64,000 nucleotides of DNA, from contig OZ024740.1 of NCBI GenBank assembly GCA_964016885.1, positions 370,202,001-370,266,000 of the forward strand. The letters run 5' to 3'. Shown here piece after piece: positions 1-10,332 of this stretch. Below the pieces are notes generated by a model. It was given only the letters and a program-made list of their open reading frames with translations, made no database searches and had not been told where the DNA came from. A program made the position numbers and the translations under genes. Origin of the DNA: Eledone cirrhosa. Lineage: Eukaryota. Every line of letters starts with the position of its first letter. The first letter of the stretch is position 1.

Positions 1-621
1 CAGTTGTATTTCTTTTGACTTATGAACTTTCGGTAGACCATACAGGTTGCTGGGTTTGGGCTCAAAATTGGTGTTGTTGTCTCTTTCCTTATCAGTAAGT
101 GAGTTGTGGTATTTTCAAGCCAGGTTGTTGATCTTCTTCATGATGTTGTGGTCTATATTTGATGGTATTTCATGATAGAATGTTGTGTCTTTCAGTTGTT
201 CCTCAACCAAATCTTTGTAGTATTCAGCATCCATTATAACAACTGCACCCCCTTTATCTGCTTGTTTAATTATTATTGTTTTAGCATTTTGTATACGTTT
301 AAGTGCAGACATTTCTGATTTGGTAATGTTTGGCCTGACATTAGTATTACGTCTAAGAGGAAATTTAGACAGGATGACAATGTATTGGTCGAGATAGATA
401 TTTCTTCATTTTGGCGGAGTGAAATTTGATTTATTCTTTACTAGTGATTCATAATTCTCATTACTTTTAACAGCGAAGAATTCTACAAGACGTAATTTTC
501 GACAGTATTCTTGGGTATCCTCCTTCAGTTCTTGGTGGTTGACTGTTGGAGTCGGTGTGAATTTCAGTCCTTTTGACAGAATTTGCATTTCATCATTGTC
601 AAGATCTCTTTTGGATAAATT
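1..621 (-). mobile_element. Penelope-like element (PLE) reverse transcriptase N-terminal fragment, disrupted, runs off window start
   Basis: Minus-strand translation gives NLSKRDL...LSKGLKFTPTP (406-588), IIIKQADKGGAVVIMD (115-312) and PSNLYGLPKVHKS near position 15-55, all typical PLE RT motifs; the frame is broken by stops; it abuts a (TA)n tract. Confidence 0.85.
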
Positions 622-651
622 ATATATATATAGTAATAATAGTAATAATTA

Positions 652-748
652 TTTCTACTTTAGGCACAAGGCCAGCAATTAACCAGTGCATTACTGGTAC
701 TTTATTTTATCGACCCCTTAAGGATTAAAGGCAAAGTCAACCTCGAGG
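652..748 (-). mobile_element. tRNA-type SINE (OK-like family), 5'-truncated
   Basis: Reverse complement of the family core GAGGTTGACTTTGCCTTT..ATCC..AGGGGTCGATAAAATAAAGTACCAGT...GCTGGCCTTGTGCCTAAAGTAGAAA seen in more than 10 other copies in the window. Confidence 0.8.
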
Positions 749-808
749 GATTAGTAATAATAATAAATTATATATATATATATGCCTGAGGTTCGATATT
801 TATATGTT

Positions 809-844
<36 letters not shown>

Positions 845-850
<6 letters not shown>

Positions 851-2287
851 AATATCGAACCTCAGGCAGCATATTTAACATCAGGCGCTTTGCTGTAAAA
901 ACAAAAGTAGTTACATCAATCATAAGAGACCTCTTGTATGCAGATGATTACGATCTTGTAGCGCAGAACATTTTGAATGCATTTTCTGATGCCTGTACTG
1001 CCCTATGATTGACTGTCAGTCTAAAGGAAACCGTCGTCATGCACCTATCTGCCCCTGGTAAGCAGTACAGTGAACCAAATATCTATGTGTATGGTAAATA
1101 ACTTGGAGTGGTTGATCAGTTTGTCTACCTGGGAAGCACTGTCAATCGAAACAGCAACCTTGATAACGAAATTCCACTGAGGATTAGGAAAGCAAGTGAT
1201 GCTTTCGGGAAGCTAGAAAGGTGACTCTGGGGTCGGCGAGACATGTGCAAGAAGACAAAGGTAAAGGTGTACAAGGCAGGTGTGCTCTCTTCTCTTCTTT
1301 ACGCCTGCGAGACCTGGGTCACATATCTACGCCACCTTAAACAATTGGTGCGCTTCCATAAGATGTGTATCAGACGGATCCATGGCGTTCACTGGAGAGA
1401 CCACATTAGTGATGTCGAGATTTTGGAAAGCTATCTGTGTGACAGTATGGAAGCTCTTGTGTTTAAGCAAGGACTCCGATGGAGTGGTCACCTTCCCAGG
1501 ATGAAGGATTCGAGAATACCAAAACGACTCTTGGATGGAGAGTTATTTAAAGGAAAACGACCTCCACATAAACCAAAAAAGAGGTATAAGGATTCATTGA
1601 AAGCCTCTTTGAAAGACGCTAACATCTCTGCTGATACACGGGAAAATGTTGCTGCTGATCGTAATAAATGGAGAAAGACTGTATATGAGCGGAAAGTTGT
1701 TTTTGAGGCATCTCGAATCGCATACGAAAAAGTAAAGAGGGATGTGAGGAAGGGCTTACTGTTGCATTTCCAGACGCCGAAGGTCCTCTTATGGCGCTGA
1801 CATGCAGCGTCTGTGCGAGACTCTACCTCAGCAAAGCTGAACTCGAAATTCGTCTTCTCAGTCATAAAGTGACACCAGTAGTTGACTACCAGACTGCTGT
1901 TGGAGATGCTACTCATCATGCCTGCTAAGCATGTGCTAGAGAATGTAAATCAGCAGGAGGGCTCAAACGAGATGCAAAGGTGCAAGAAATCCAATCACCC
2001 CGGATATTCCCAGTGAATGTTTTGGTTGCCAACTCTGTGTAAGACTTTTTAGATCATTGGCTGGGCTAAAAAGCCACATTCGATCGCAGCACTGTTAATT
2101 GTTATCGTGTGTGTGTATGTGTGTATAGATATGTATATGTGTGTATGTGTGCGTATATATATATTTATATATACATATATATATGTATGTATATATATAT
2201 TATTATTATTATTGTTGTTATTATTATTGTCGTTATTACTTTTTCTTCGTGCAATAGCCATACTCGATAACGAAGAGGCAGCCATCA
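845..2287 (+). mobile_element. RTE-clade LINE, 5'-truncated and decayed (RT C-half plus C-terminal C2H2-like fingers)
   Basis: Motifs YRTSGSIFNIRRF, LLYADD, FVYLGS, VLSSLLYACETW, LRWSGHLPRM..R.PK.LL.GEL..GKRP; finger CQLCVRLFRSLAGLKSH near 2026-2080; terminal motif GCCATACTCGATAACGAAGAGGCAGCCATC at ~2258-2287 after an interrupting microsatellite; stops and frameshifts. Confidence 0.88.
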
Positions 2288-2288
2288 C

Positions 2289-2385
2289 GGTTGCAACGTT
2301 TTTCGAAATATTTACTTCTGATCCCGTTAAGGGTGAAAACAGCGATTATTTGCTTAAACTTTAATCGGTTATTTTAATAAATATA
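2289..2385 (+). repeat. 3' fragment of the same family as the 7861-8215 fold-back element
   Basis: CGGTTGCAACG...GAAATATT.ACTTCTGA...CCCGTT.AGGGTGAAA.CAGCGATT.TTTGCTTAAACTTTAAT matches 8084-8210 with an internal deletion. Confidence 0.7.
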
Positions 2386-3150
2386 TATATATAAAACACT
2401 CACTAACTTGGGCTATCTTGGCTAGATCTCCAGCGTTTAACGGGAGAAGAAACTGTTGCGATATCTGTCTCACCGAGGCCTATCACATAACTCTGTCAAG
2501 GCCACCCCCCATAAATGACAGGAATGAGTTGGTCATCAACTGCCACCACCGCAGAGCGAGCTCCTTCGCTAACAGATTATTTGACCCACCTTAGCCTATC
2601 ATTTAATCACGTCCCCCTATAACTAACAAACTAAACATATTTAGTCCACCACGTAAACACCTATAAGTTACCTCCCTACATTATCTTAGTCACATATCTC
2701 ATTATAACTTTACCTATAAGCTAGCTCCTTGACATTATCTTAGTTACAACTTAGTAACGTTTCTTTATACCCTACACTTGAATTTTCCAGTCCCAAGGGA
2801 CCCCATCTAGGGATCTGCTAATCTGACGATTATTTACGGACACGTAACCCTCTTATTTTATTTTATTTTATTTCTACTTTATAAATATTAATATTTTCAT
2901 TATCTAACTTCAAGTTTCGAGGAGCTGCTCCATTATATTATTCTATGTTAATTATCTTTCTCTACACCAAATCAATAACGATATTACCATCGATTGATCC
3001 AGAAACACTATATGGAGTAGTAAAACAAATATAAACTGACATTATTTCCCCCTTTTTTATATTAAACTGCACTTAATATTGATACTTTTCGACTAATGTC
3101 TTCTTTGTGAGCTTGTGGTCTAGATTTTCTTAACTATTGAATATATATAG

Positions 3151-3212
<62 letters not shown>

Positions 3213-3215
<3 letters not shown>

Positions 3216-3360
3216 GGGAAATGTTCTAGCCGTCGAGACGGCTTGAGCTCTGCCGTCGGGATCTTGAACATTTTCCTATTCCCCACTCTACTAGTCTAAG
3301 TATTCAGTACTCTGGTGTGTTATGGACCACCTGTTTCCTTACAACACTTCCTTGTTGTAT
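3213..3360 (+). mobile_element. Short TA-embedded element end, same family as 34073-34255 and 38140-38262; PLE pseudo-LTR-like, carries a decayed hammerhead 3' half
   Basis: TAGCCGTCGAGACGGCTTGAGCTCTGCCGTCGGG...CCACTCTACTA..CTAAGTATT...GTTATGG.CCACCTG.TTCCTTAC aligns to 34136-34250. Confidence 0.65.
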
Positions 3361-3429
3361 ATATATATATATATATATATATATACGCACAAACACAAAA
3401 TGAACATATATATGGAGTAATGTAAATGT

Positions 3430-4962
3430 CAGATGAAAGAATGGTATTTAACTAATGTATTGGTACGCGATGGGGCCCACCCACAGCCCCGGCGGACAGA
3501 ATGGAGAAGGCGTTTCCACGGAGGACGGCAAGGCAGACGTGCTGGAAAAGCCACTCCAACTCGCGGGGCTCACACCTGCGGCTGGCCAGGTCAGCGCCTA
3601 TGGTGGTGAGTAAGGAGGTAGCCCTGGGGCCGAGGACACCAAAAGTCTCCACTGCCAGGAGTACGACCGCAAATCTGTCGGAGAGCGACAGATATTTGAG
3701 GATTTTGGCCCCTCAGCCCGACGTGCAGCATAACCTAGGTCAGTCGCAGACTGCACCAGGTTGCGGCTGCAGAAAGTGTCGGTGAAAGTGGCATCTCAGA
3801 CGAGGGGTTTGCCACCGTGGAACGTGAAGATGGTCATGCCATGTGGCCTTTTGCCGTCCCCTCGATCCAACCCCACCGGCTCAAGCTGGGAAGGGAAGCC
3901 TGCAGATTCCAAGCCATGCTTAATGACCTCGTTGAGGGCAGCATGGCGTGGAATGCGGCCGGCACTGTGGCGACAGGAAAGTGGGTGGAGGCCGATAGTG
4001 TCCACGGTGGAACCGCAGCGACATTGGTGTGGCTGGCAGATCCGGAGGCCGAGCCTCAGAGAAACGCCGATTCGCAGGCTATGGTTGTCTAGTTTCGTGC
4101 CAGAGGAAAAGGAGGGCAGGGCATGGAACCAGGCACCACTGTGGGGTTTGGACGCCGCACGAAAACAAGCAAAGCGGTGCTGGTCGAGCTGGCGCGTGAG
4201 CCTGTCTGAGGCCAGGCTGCACTGGATGGCATCCCAAGTGCGTTGGGGTGACTTGACGTCAACAGGGGGAGAAGGAGGAGGGACGTCTACTTGGCTATGT
4301 CCCAGCAGGTCTCATGTCTCACAGGCGGCTTCACGTTCTCTTAACACAGAGGGTTCTGTTGTGTTTTGAAGAACCCTGCTGACGAGGACGCGGCACGACG
4401 TTACCAACGAAAGATAACCCGGCAAAGCTAGTGAGATAGGGGACCGGAGGCCAAGGCAGCCATACCTGACAGGTAAAGTGGCCTGTGCCACTCTATGTCG
4501 TCAAACTCGACGTTGCATATCCCATCGGCTGCTGCTCGGATACAAGTATCGAGGTCAGCAAGGAGAGATGTCTGGGTGTAGCGTGGAGTACTGCGGAGTG
4601 TATAGAGGAGCTTCGGCATGGCGAAGCAGTTCCTCAGCAGAAAGAGAGCTGGGTGGCCGTCAATCAAGCCCAGTCGGCTCGTTAGAGTCTGGAGCTGTTG
4701 AAGCATGGATCTGATGGTGGAGCGGATTGCCGGCGAGTGGATCGGTGACCTGAGGATGAGGACATCCTCTTTGGGGGTCACTATAACCTGGCGGAGAATG
4801 GACCGCAGGTCCAAGACGGAGGCTACAAAGCCCGCAGCATCGAGGCTGACGTTCACCACCTCCGACTTGGCCGAGTTGACCTGGAGGCCGATTCCCGTCA
4901 GGGCAGGAACCACGGATTTAAGGTCATGGCAGACCGTCCGTACGGGCCCGCCAACGTAGCAT
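3430..4962 (-). mobile_element. CRE-clade non-LTR retrotransposon, 5'-truncated at the RT catalytic motif, with restriction-like endonuclease; decayed
   Basis: GLQVNSAKSE, ALFLLRNCFAMPKLLYTLR, H.LSC...GRIPRHAALNEVI, EPVGLDRGDGKRP.G.T, VETFGVLGP...LAVLRGNA are CRE-type RT/CCHC/RLE motifs; several frameshifts; GC-rich relative to the flanks; truncated at a SINE. Confidence 0.85.
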
Positions 4963-5148
4963 CGGTGGATTGGCAGTATCGGTAGAGGGTCGGACGCCAT
5001 GCTTTCCAGCATAGTTAGGTCCCTTTACGATCTGAGTTCAAATCCCGCCGAGGTTGACTTTGCCTTTCATCCTTACGGGGTTGATAAAATAAAGTACCAG
5101 TAATGCACTGGGTAATTGCTGGCCTTGTGCCTAAAGTAGAAACAATTA
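4963..5148 (+). mobile_element. tRNA-type SINE (OK-like), near full length
   Basis: A-box-like TGGCAGTATCGG, B-box-like GAGTTCAAATCC, family core and tail; nearly identical to 26617-26806. Confidence 0.85.
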
Positions 5149-5149
5149 T

Positions 5150-5540
5150 TTCATAACTCTATAGAACTTTTAGAATGTTTGTTCAGTGTTCTGTGTCCAA
5201 CCAGGTTAGTACAACAGGTAAGAAAAATGATGATTCGGTGACGGTTTCTTCTGATATGAGCCTCTTCCACGTCGGAAGATCGAAGTGTGTTTTCTTGTCA
5301 TCTTCAATACTTTCATAAACGGCTTCGGAGATTTAAAACTTATGTTTCAATTGGTGCTTACATTTCCACACGGTTCTATTGTCTTGTTTACAAAAATATA
5401 TTTCTATATATTTCTTCGTGAGGTAAAGCCTTTACTGTATGACAGAATTTGGAGTGTATTTCCGTACGAGTCCTTAATGTTGGTGTTTTCCACGTTTGGA
5501 AATAGGAAAGTAAAATCTGTTTCGCTTTAAGATGGCGTGA
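5150..5540 (-). mobile_element. Possible decayed PLE ORF N-terminal region
   Basis: A minus frame reads ...AHIRRNRHRIIIFLTCC..., loosely resembling the PLE N-terminal H..FL..C motif; many stops; weak support. Confidence 0.25.
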
Positions 5541-5835
5541 TCCTGGAAATATCTAACAATTAACATAAACTACAAAGACGGATTTTTTTTCCTAGACAAA
5601 TTTCTACCATTTAAGCGTTTGATCTCCGGTTAATGTCCACCTAGCTTTAAAGGTGAAACCTAGGAGATAGATTAAAGTTTAAGCAAAGAATAAATATACA
5701 ATATAAATATACAATTTTAAAAAAATAAATAATAATTAAACTGAATCCTGACATTGCATGGAGTGAATGTGAGAGTGGGAAAGAGAAAGAGTGTGTATGT
5801 GAAAGCACCAGAAAGAGAGTGGAGGTTGAGAGTAA

Positions 5836-5867
<32 letters not shown>

Positions 5868-6016
5868 CCAGGGAGTGTAACTAGGAGTTACTGTAGGTTC
5901 ACCCGGGTGAGCAGTCGATGTTTAGGTTTACTTCAGTGTCGAGGTGTAGAGCTACACAGAGTTTATTATAGTAAAAAGATAAAATGGACGATTGGTTACT
6001 CCTTCATTACATTTAT

Positions 6017-6065
6017 TGGTTGGTGACGCGCGTTTCGCCACTGATCAGCTCAAGGTTCGATCAGT
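6017..6065 (-). ncRNA. 3' half of a hammerhead motif in a short PLE-like 3' end (element ~5870-6100)
   Basis: Minus strand reads ACTGATC-loop-GATCAGT-GGC-GAAA-CGCGCG-TC, with palindromic stem III ACGCGCGT and a GUC site, followed by AATAAA; the CUGANGA half is missing. Confidence 0.55.
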
Positions 6066-6099
6066 ATTGATCTTACCCGACTCTGTAATCTGCGGCTCG

Positions 6100-6142
<43 letters not shown>

Positions 6143-6143
<1 letters not shown>

Positions 6144-6720
6144 AGTATCCCAGTACAACCTGTGTCATGGTCGGGTCGTTGGCGACTAAACTGGCAACCC
6201 CACCAAGGTGTCTTGGTGAGGAGGGTGACTTTGGACATCCTGCAGGACTAAAAACAAAACCTGTCAAAGGGCAAAGGAGCTCTTAAGAGTCAATGGCCAT
6301 CCAAAATCACCGGGAGAGATGACCCCTTAGCCTTTGTCAAGGCAGAATTCTAGGAGAAGGAAAACTCTGATATAACACCTACAACCCTGATGGTATCCAA
6401 TGATGTTGACTTGTTCTTCTTTTTGGTAAATATCATCTTGGTTAAGAGAGTGGGACTGGCTTTGTGCAATGCCTTTTCTCACTATAAAAGCTTCACGTCA
6501 CAGGCATTGCTTTATATCTGGAGATCTATCTGCATTTGTCGTCACGTGGTGCCATGGGCCCAGCACTATGTGTCAATGATTGTTACAGGTGCAGTGTTTG
6601 TGCCAGAGTTTTCAAGTCGTTGGCTGGACTAAGAAGTCGCACTCGTTCGGTGCATCGGTGGGGGTTCTCCTACATGGATATAAAGTAGTGGCCGTACTCG
6701 AAAACGAGTTGGCAGCCACC
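6143..6720 (+). mobile_element. Non-autonomous bipartite RTE-derived element, copy 1
   Basis: Closely similar to 24022-24630 and 63655-64000; 3' part encodes a remnant [17 protein letters not shown] finger and ends GGCCGTACTCGAAAACGAGTTGGCAGCCACC, similar to the RTE end at 2258-2287. Confidence 0.8.
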
Positions 6721-6994
<274 letters not shown>

Positions 6995-7258
6995 GAATAA
7001 AATTAAACGAAATTTCATGTATCAATCTTAGTACGGCTGTTACTTAAATATAAGTATGTATACGTACATACATATATGTATACAGACGTACAGTAGTATG
7101 TATATATATACATATATGCACACATATATATATGTACGTATGGGTTCACCGAACATTTATTATAATCATCGGTTTGTTGTAAACAAACAAAAAGTCCAAA
7201 TTAAGCCGTACTGTGTTTAGCAACCATCGATGCCCTTTTGTTGAACACTGACACAGGA

Positions 7259-7294
7259 ACGATGTACTAGTTTCAAGCTTATCGTCAGCATCGT
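7259..7294 (-). ncRNA. Type I minimal hammerhead ribozyme motif with shortened stem II
   Basis: Minus strand: ACGATG-CTGACGA-TAAGCTT-GAAA-CTAGT-A-CATCGT; core intact; 7 nt shorter in stem II than the plus-strand copy. Confidence 0.65.
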
Positions 7295-7469
7295 ATACCT
7301 TCCTGCCAGATGATTGAACGTCTGAACGTATATACTTTCCTTGTGCATATTAACGAGTGAGTTAGCCGGCCGACTAACTCACTCGATATGCAAATTAGGC
7401 TGCTCAGCCGTTAATATGCATAAGGAAAGTATATACTTTCAGACGTTCAATCATCTGGCAGGAAAGTAT

Positions 7470-7512
7470 ACGATGCTGACGATAGCTAATAAGCTTGAAA
7501 CTAGTACATCGT
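7470..7512 (+). ncRNA. Type I minimal hammerhead ribozyme motif
   Basis: ACGATG (stem I)-CTGACGA-T AGCT AATA AGCT T (stem II)-GAAA-CTAGT (palindromic ACTAGT stem III)-A17 (7506)-CATCGT (stem I); U.U at 10.1/11.1. Confidence 0.85.
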
Positions 7513-7780
7513 TCCTTTGTCAGTGTTGAACAAAAGGGCAACGATGGTTGTTAAACACTGCACGGCTTAATTCGGGCTTTTCGTTTGTTTACAAACAAAC
7601 CGAGCATTATAATAACTGTTCGGTGAACCCACACGTACATATATATATGTGTGCATGTATGTATATATATACATACTACTGTACGTCTGTATACATATAT
7701 GTATGCACGTATACATACTTATATATATATATATGTATATATATGTGTGTGTGTGTATATATATACACACACACACTCAC

Positions 7781-7811
<31 letters not shown>

Positions 7812-7880
7812 AAGAAAAAAAGATGAAATCGAAAATGCAACTGGAGTCTTATTTTTTTTTAAATGTATATATTTATTTGG

Positions 7881-7922
7881 TTCCTTTACCGGTTTCGCAG
7901 TTCTTCTGCTTTTCAAAAGTAG
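7881..7922 (-). ncRNA. Degenerate hammerhead motif
   Basis: Minus strand: CTT-TTGAAAA (for CTGAAGA)-GCAG AAGAA CTGC-GAAA-CCGGT-A-AAG; palindromic ACCGGT stem III; two core transitions. Confidence 0.45.
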
Positions 7923-8137
7923 AGTTGAGATGGAGGGTCTGAAACTAACAAAGTCAATCTGTGAACGCAAAAGTGAATATTTCAAAAAACGTTCCATATA
8001 ATGACGTATTATATTCTTTTTTTCCCCCGTTCTTTGCCAGGGAACGTTTCCACGAACCAAAGTATCGTCTTCCTCTCTCCCTCCGGTTGCAACGGTTTTT
8101 GAAATATTCACTTCTGAGTTCACAGATTGACTTTGTT

Positions 8138-8188
8138 AGTTTCAGAAGAGCCCGTTCAGGGTGAAAGCAGCGATTCTTTGCTTAAACT
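8138..8188 (+). ncRNA. Variant or degenerate hammerhead motif (U4A)
   Basis: AGTTT-CAGAAGA-GCCC GTTCA GGGT-GAAA-GCA...TGCT-T-AAACT; stems I, II and III can all pair. Confidence 0.5.
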
Positions 8189-8291
8189 TTAATTTGTTAT
8201 TTTAATAAATATTTGTTCTACGGTTCTTATATATTTGATATATATTTATCCTTAGCGAGCCCTCTCTGGATTTTAGTCTTCAAATTTATTA

Positions 8292-8362
<71 letters not shown>

Positions 8363-8369
<7 letters not shown>

Positions 8370-8844
8370 GAATATAAAAGAAAAAGAAAAACGAACACAG
8401 ATATATATTCAAATCGTCAGGGACCAGATTCTAAGGTGAAGAGAATACTAACTGGAATAAACCTGGCTGCTATTTTTAGTCGTGTAAGTTTGTGAGAAGC
8501 GCTCATGGCATGTGACTAATATTATATATGGCACGCTGTCTAGTTTCTTAATATACCTACAAGTGTCTAGAATACTAATTTATCATCCACTGATGAGCAT
8601 AAATTGGTAATTCTATTCACAATTAATTTTTCAAAACAATACCGAGTTGTCTGGGTGATTGGTAGTTACCACAATTCCGGTTTGTATTTATTTTTTTTAT
8701 TTTCTTGATTTTTTCTTAAATTGAGACAAGCAAACCCAATTGTCTATAGTTAGTATTCTCTTCACCTTAGCGAATCTGGTCCCTTACGATTTGAACACAT
8801 ATATGTATATATCTGTGTTCGTTTTTCTTTTATATTCAATTATA
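8363..8844 (+). mobile_element. Fold-back element with ~90-bp inverted ends (8363-8453 / 8748-8844) enclosing a hammerhead
   Basis: AATTGAATATAAAAG...CAAATCGT.AGGGACCAGATTC..TAAGGTGAAGAGAATACTAACT is mirrored at 8748-8844; flanked on the left by (TA)n. Confidence 0.75.
8582..8659 (+). ncRNA. Type I hammerhead motif with G12A change, likely inactivated
   Basis: ATCATCCA-CTGATGA-(long AT-rich stem II)-C AAAA (for GAAA)-CAA..TTGT-C-TGGGTGAT; 8-bp stem I with one G.U pair; GUC site at 8649-8651. Confidence 0.7.
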
Positions 8845-9042
8845 ATATACGGCTCGGAAATATCTCTTTCTTAGAGCTATTTTGTTGTAAGAGACTATTT
8901 TCAGTTCTTAACACAATATATACCTTTGATATATATATATATATCAAAGGTATATATTGAGTCAGGAACTCAAAATAGTCTCTTACAAAAAAATACTTTT
9001 ATATTTAGCCTGATAAACCCCAGTACTGACTTCTTCGGAACA

Positions 9043-9230
9043 TGTAGACACCTCAGGGCCGGGACCTTCCTCAAGCTATATGGACAGTAACAGCACATTC
9101 GGATGGGAACTTCCATCAAGCTATAGGGACTTCTCCGGGACGTGTAGACACCTCAGGGCCGGGACCTTCCTCAAGCTATATGGACAATAACAACACATTG
9201 GGATGGGAACTTCCCTCTAGCTATAAGGAC
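9043..9230 (+). repeat. Two tandem copies of a 100-bp unit inside a longer non-coding PLE-like 3' region (~8945-10390)
   Basis: TGTAGACACCTCAGGGCCGGGACCTTCCTCAAGCTATATGGACA at 9043 and again at 9143. Confidence 0.85.
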
Positions 9231-10277
9231 AGCATCCCCACCACACCGAGCCCACGGTAAACCACCCCTACCCCTGCCTCGATCGACTGCTGTGACAACA
9301 CGTACTTATGCCTATGTCCATACATTGATACTGTTATTTAAGATTGTACATGCACAGATACTTACATGTGTGTGTAGGTGTGGGCGTGCATGTGGGTGTG
9401 GGTGTGTGGGGCGTACATAGGGGATGCACCTGGGCCTGTGCTTGTGCGTGTGTGCTTAAACGATGTTAATTGACATACACGCGTACGTACTCTATGCCGA
9501 ATAGGAACTGTAGTCCCCTGAATTCCCCGTTTTTAACACTCAGGTTCTGACGTTTTACACTCCACCCTTGTCTCATTTGCTCTTAAAACACACCATACCA
9601 TGATATCACTTCCCGATTCTGACACAGCCTTTCTACTTCAGTCAATATTTTACAAATCTTTCAAACTTTGAGATTGGTTATAACACACACGCATTTTATT
9701 TTATTCCTTTATTCTTTAATCTTTTATTATCTTATTCAATCTATTATTTTATTATTTTATTGTTTATTGTTTTACTTTTTTATCTTTTTATTTTTTTCAT
9801 TTTATTGCCTCTAATTCTTTTATTTCTCCATTTTACTTTATCTTATTTCTTCATCTGTTTGGCACACAAAACGCACCACCACCAGCACCACGGGAAATGG
9901 TGGCAGGTTGGATGCCAACTCACACACACACATTCTTCTAAACATAGCAGCAGCCGAACTAAAGCTGACCTGCCTACTGATCCCCTGACCCCCGAAAACC
10001 AATACAAGGGAGGAGGTCATCTATACTTAACAAAAACAACCACAACAGATTGCCTTGCCTCAGAAAAATTTCTATAGACTTTTGACTGAGAAATGTTCTC
10101 ACAACTGACCAATGGGAGGAGAGGGTGTCCTTTGACGCCGAAATTCGTTTGTTCGAATTCATATGATTCCAGTTCCTCAGAGAAATAACAACTCAACCAG
10201 GACCTGGGCATATCGGAGTATTGACGGAGTTAAACACCTGAACAATATGTGTACTCGTCTCTACCACACCAATTCGG

Positions 10278-10332
10278 ACTGCCTGAAGAGGTCACAGCCA
10301 ATGATGGCTATCACCTAAATGTATATAGCAGT
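10278..10332 (+). ncRNA. Type I hammerhead motif with G12U change
   Basis: ACTGC-CTGAAGA-GGT..AGCCA ATGA TGGCT..ACC-TAAA (for GAAA)-TGTATAT-A-GCAGT; about 55 nt upstream of a (TA)n tract. Confidence 0.65.

Larger units (their letters stand above)
7051..7721. mobile_element. ~670-bp fold-back element (arms 7051-7355 and 7409-7721) with a hammerhead in each arm; PLE pseudo-LTR/retrozyme-like
   Basis: The arms are reverse complements over ~300 bp; the spacer holds a hairpin GAGTGAGTTAG/CTAACTCACTC and ATGCAAAT; a homologous copy lies at 34255-34770; no ORF. Confidence 0.85.
7861..8215. mobile_element. Fold-back element with internal inverted repeats (7938-7993 / 8091-8146) and outward-facing degenerate hammerheads
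   Basis: TCTGAAACTAACAAAGTCAATCTGTGAAC.CA.AAGTGAATATTTCAAAAA.CGTT is reverse-complementary to 8091-8146. Confidence 0.7.

Noticed and set aside
2800-2950. Possible hammerheads (CTGACGA at ~2823; minus-strand GGAGC..GCTCC-TC-GAAA-CTTGAAGT at ~2905-2930)
   Set aside because: I could not assemble both core halves with a stem I.
4963-5050. tRNA-like A and B boxes
   Set aside because: These are SINE heads and do not fold as cloverleafs; no tRNA gene is called.
5618-5675. ACCT..AGGT-GAAA-CCTAGG hammerhead-like 3' half
   Set aside because: No CUGANGA and no valid NUH site; too degenerate.
6390-6632. 80-aa ORF MVSNDVDLFFFLVNII... recurring three times
   Set aside because: It recurs only because the repeat copies are young; copy 3 is frameshifted relative to the others, and there is no domain or evidence of coding constraint.
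7051-8844. Interpretation of the fold-back elements as DNA-transposon MITEs
   Set aside because: Not excluded but disfavoured: arms are asymmetric and variable in length, they carry hammerhead motifs, and no transposase is seen nearby.
9043-9230. Repeat-spacer-like pattern here and at 38780-38870
   Set aside because: Plain tandem repeats without unique spacers, in eukaryotic DNA; not CRISPR.
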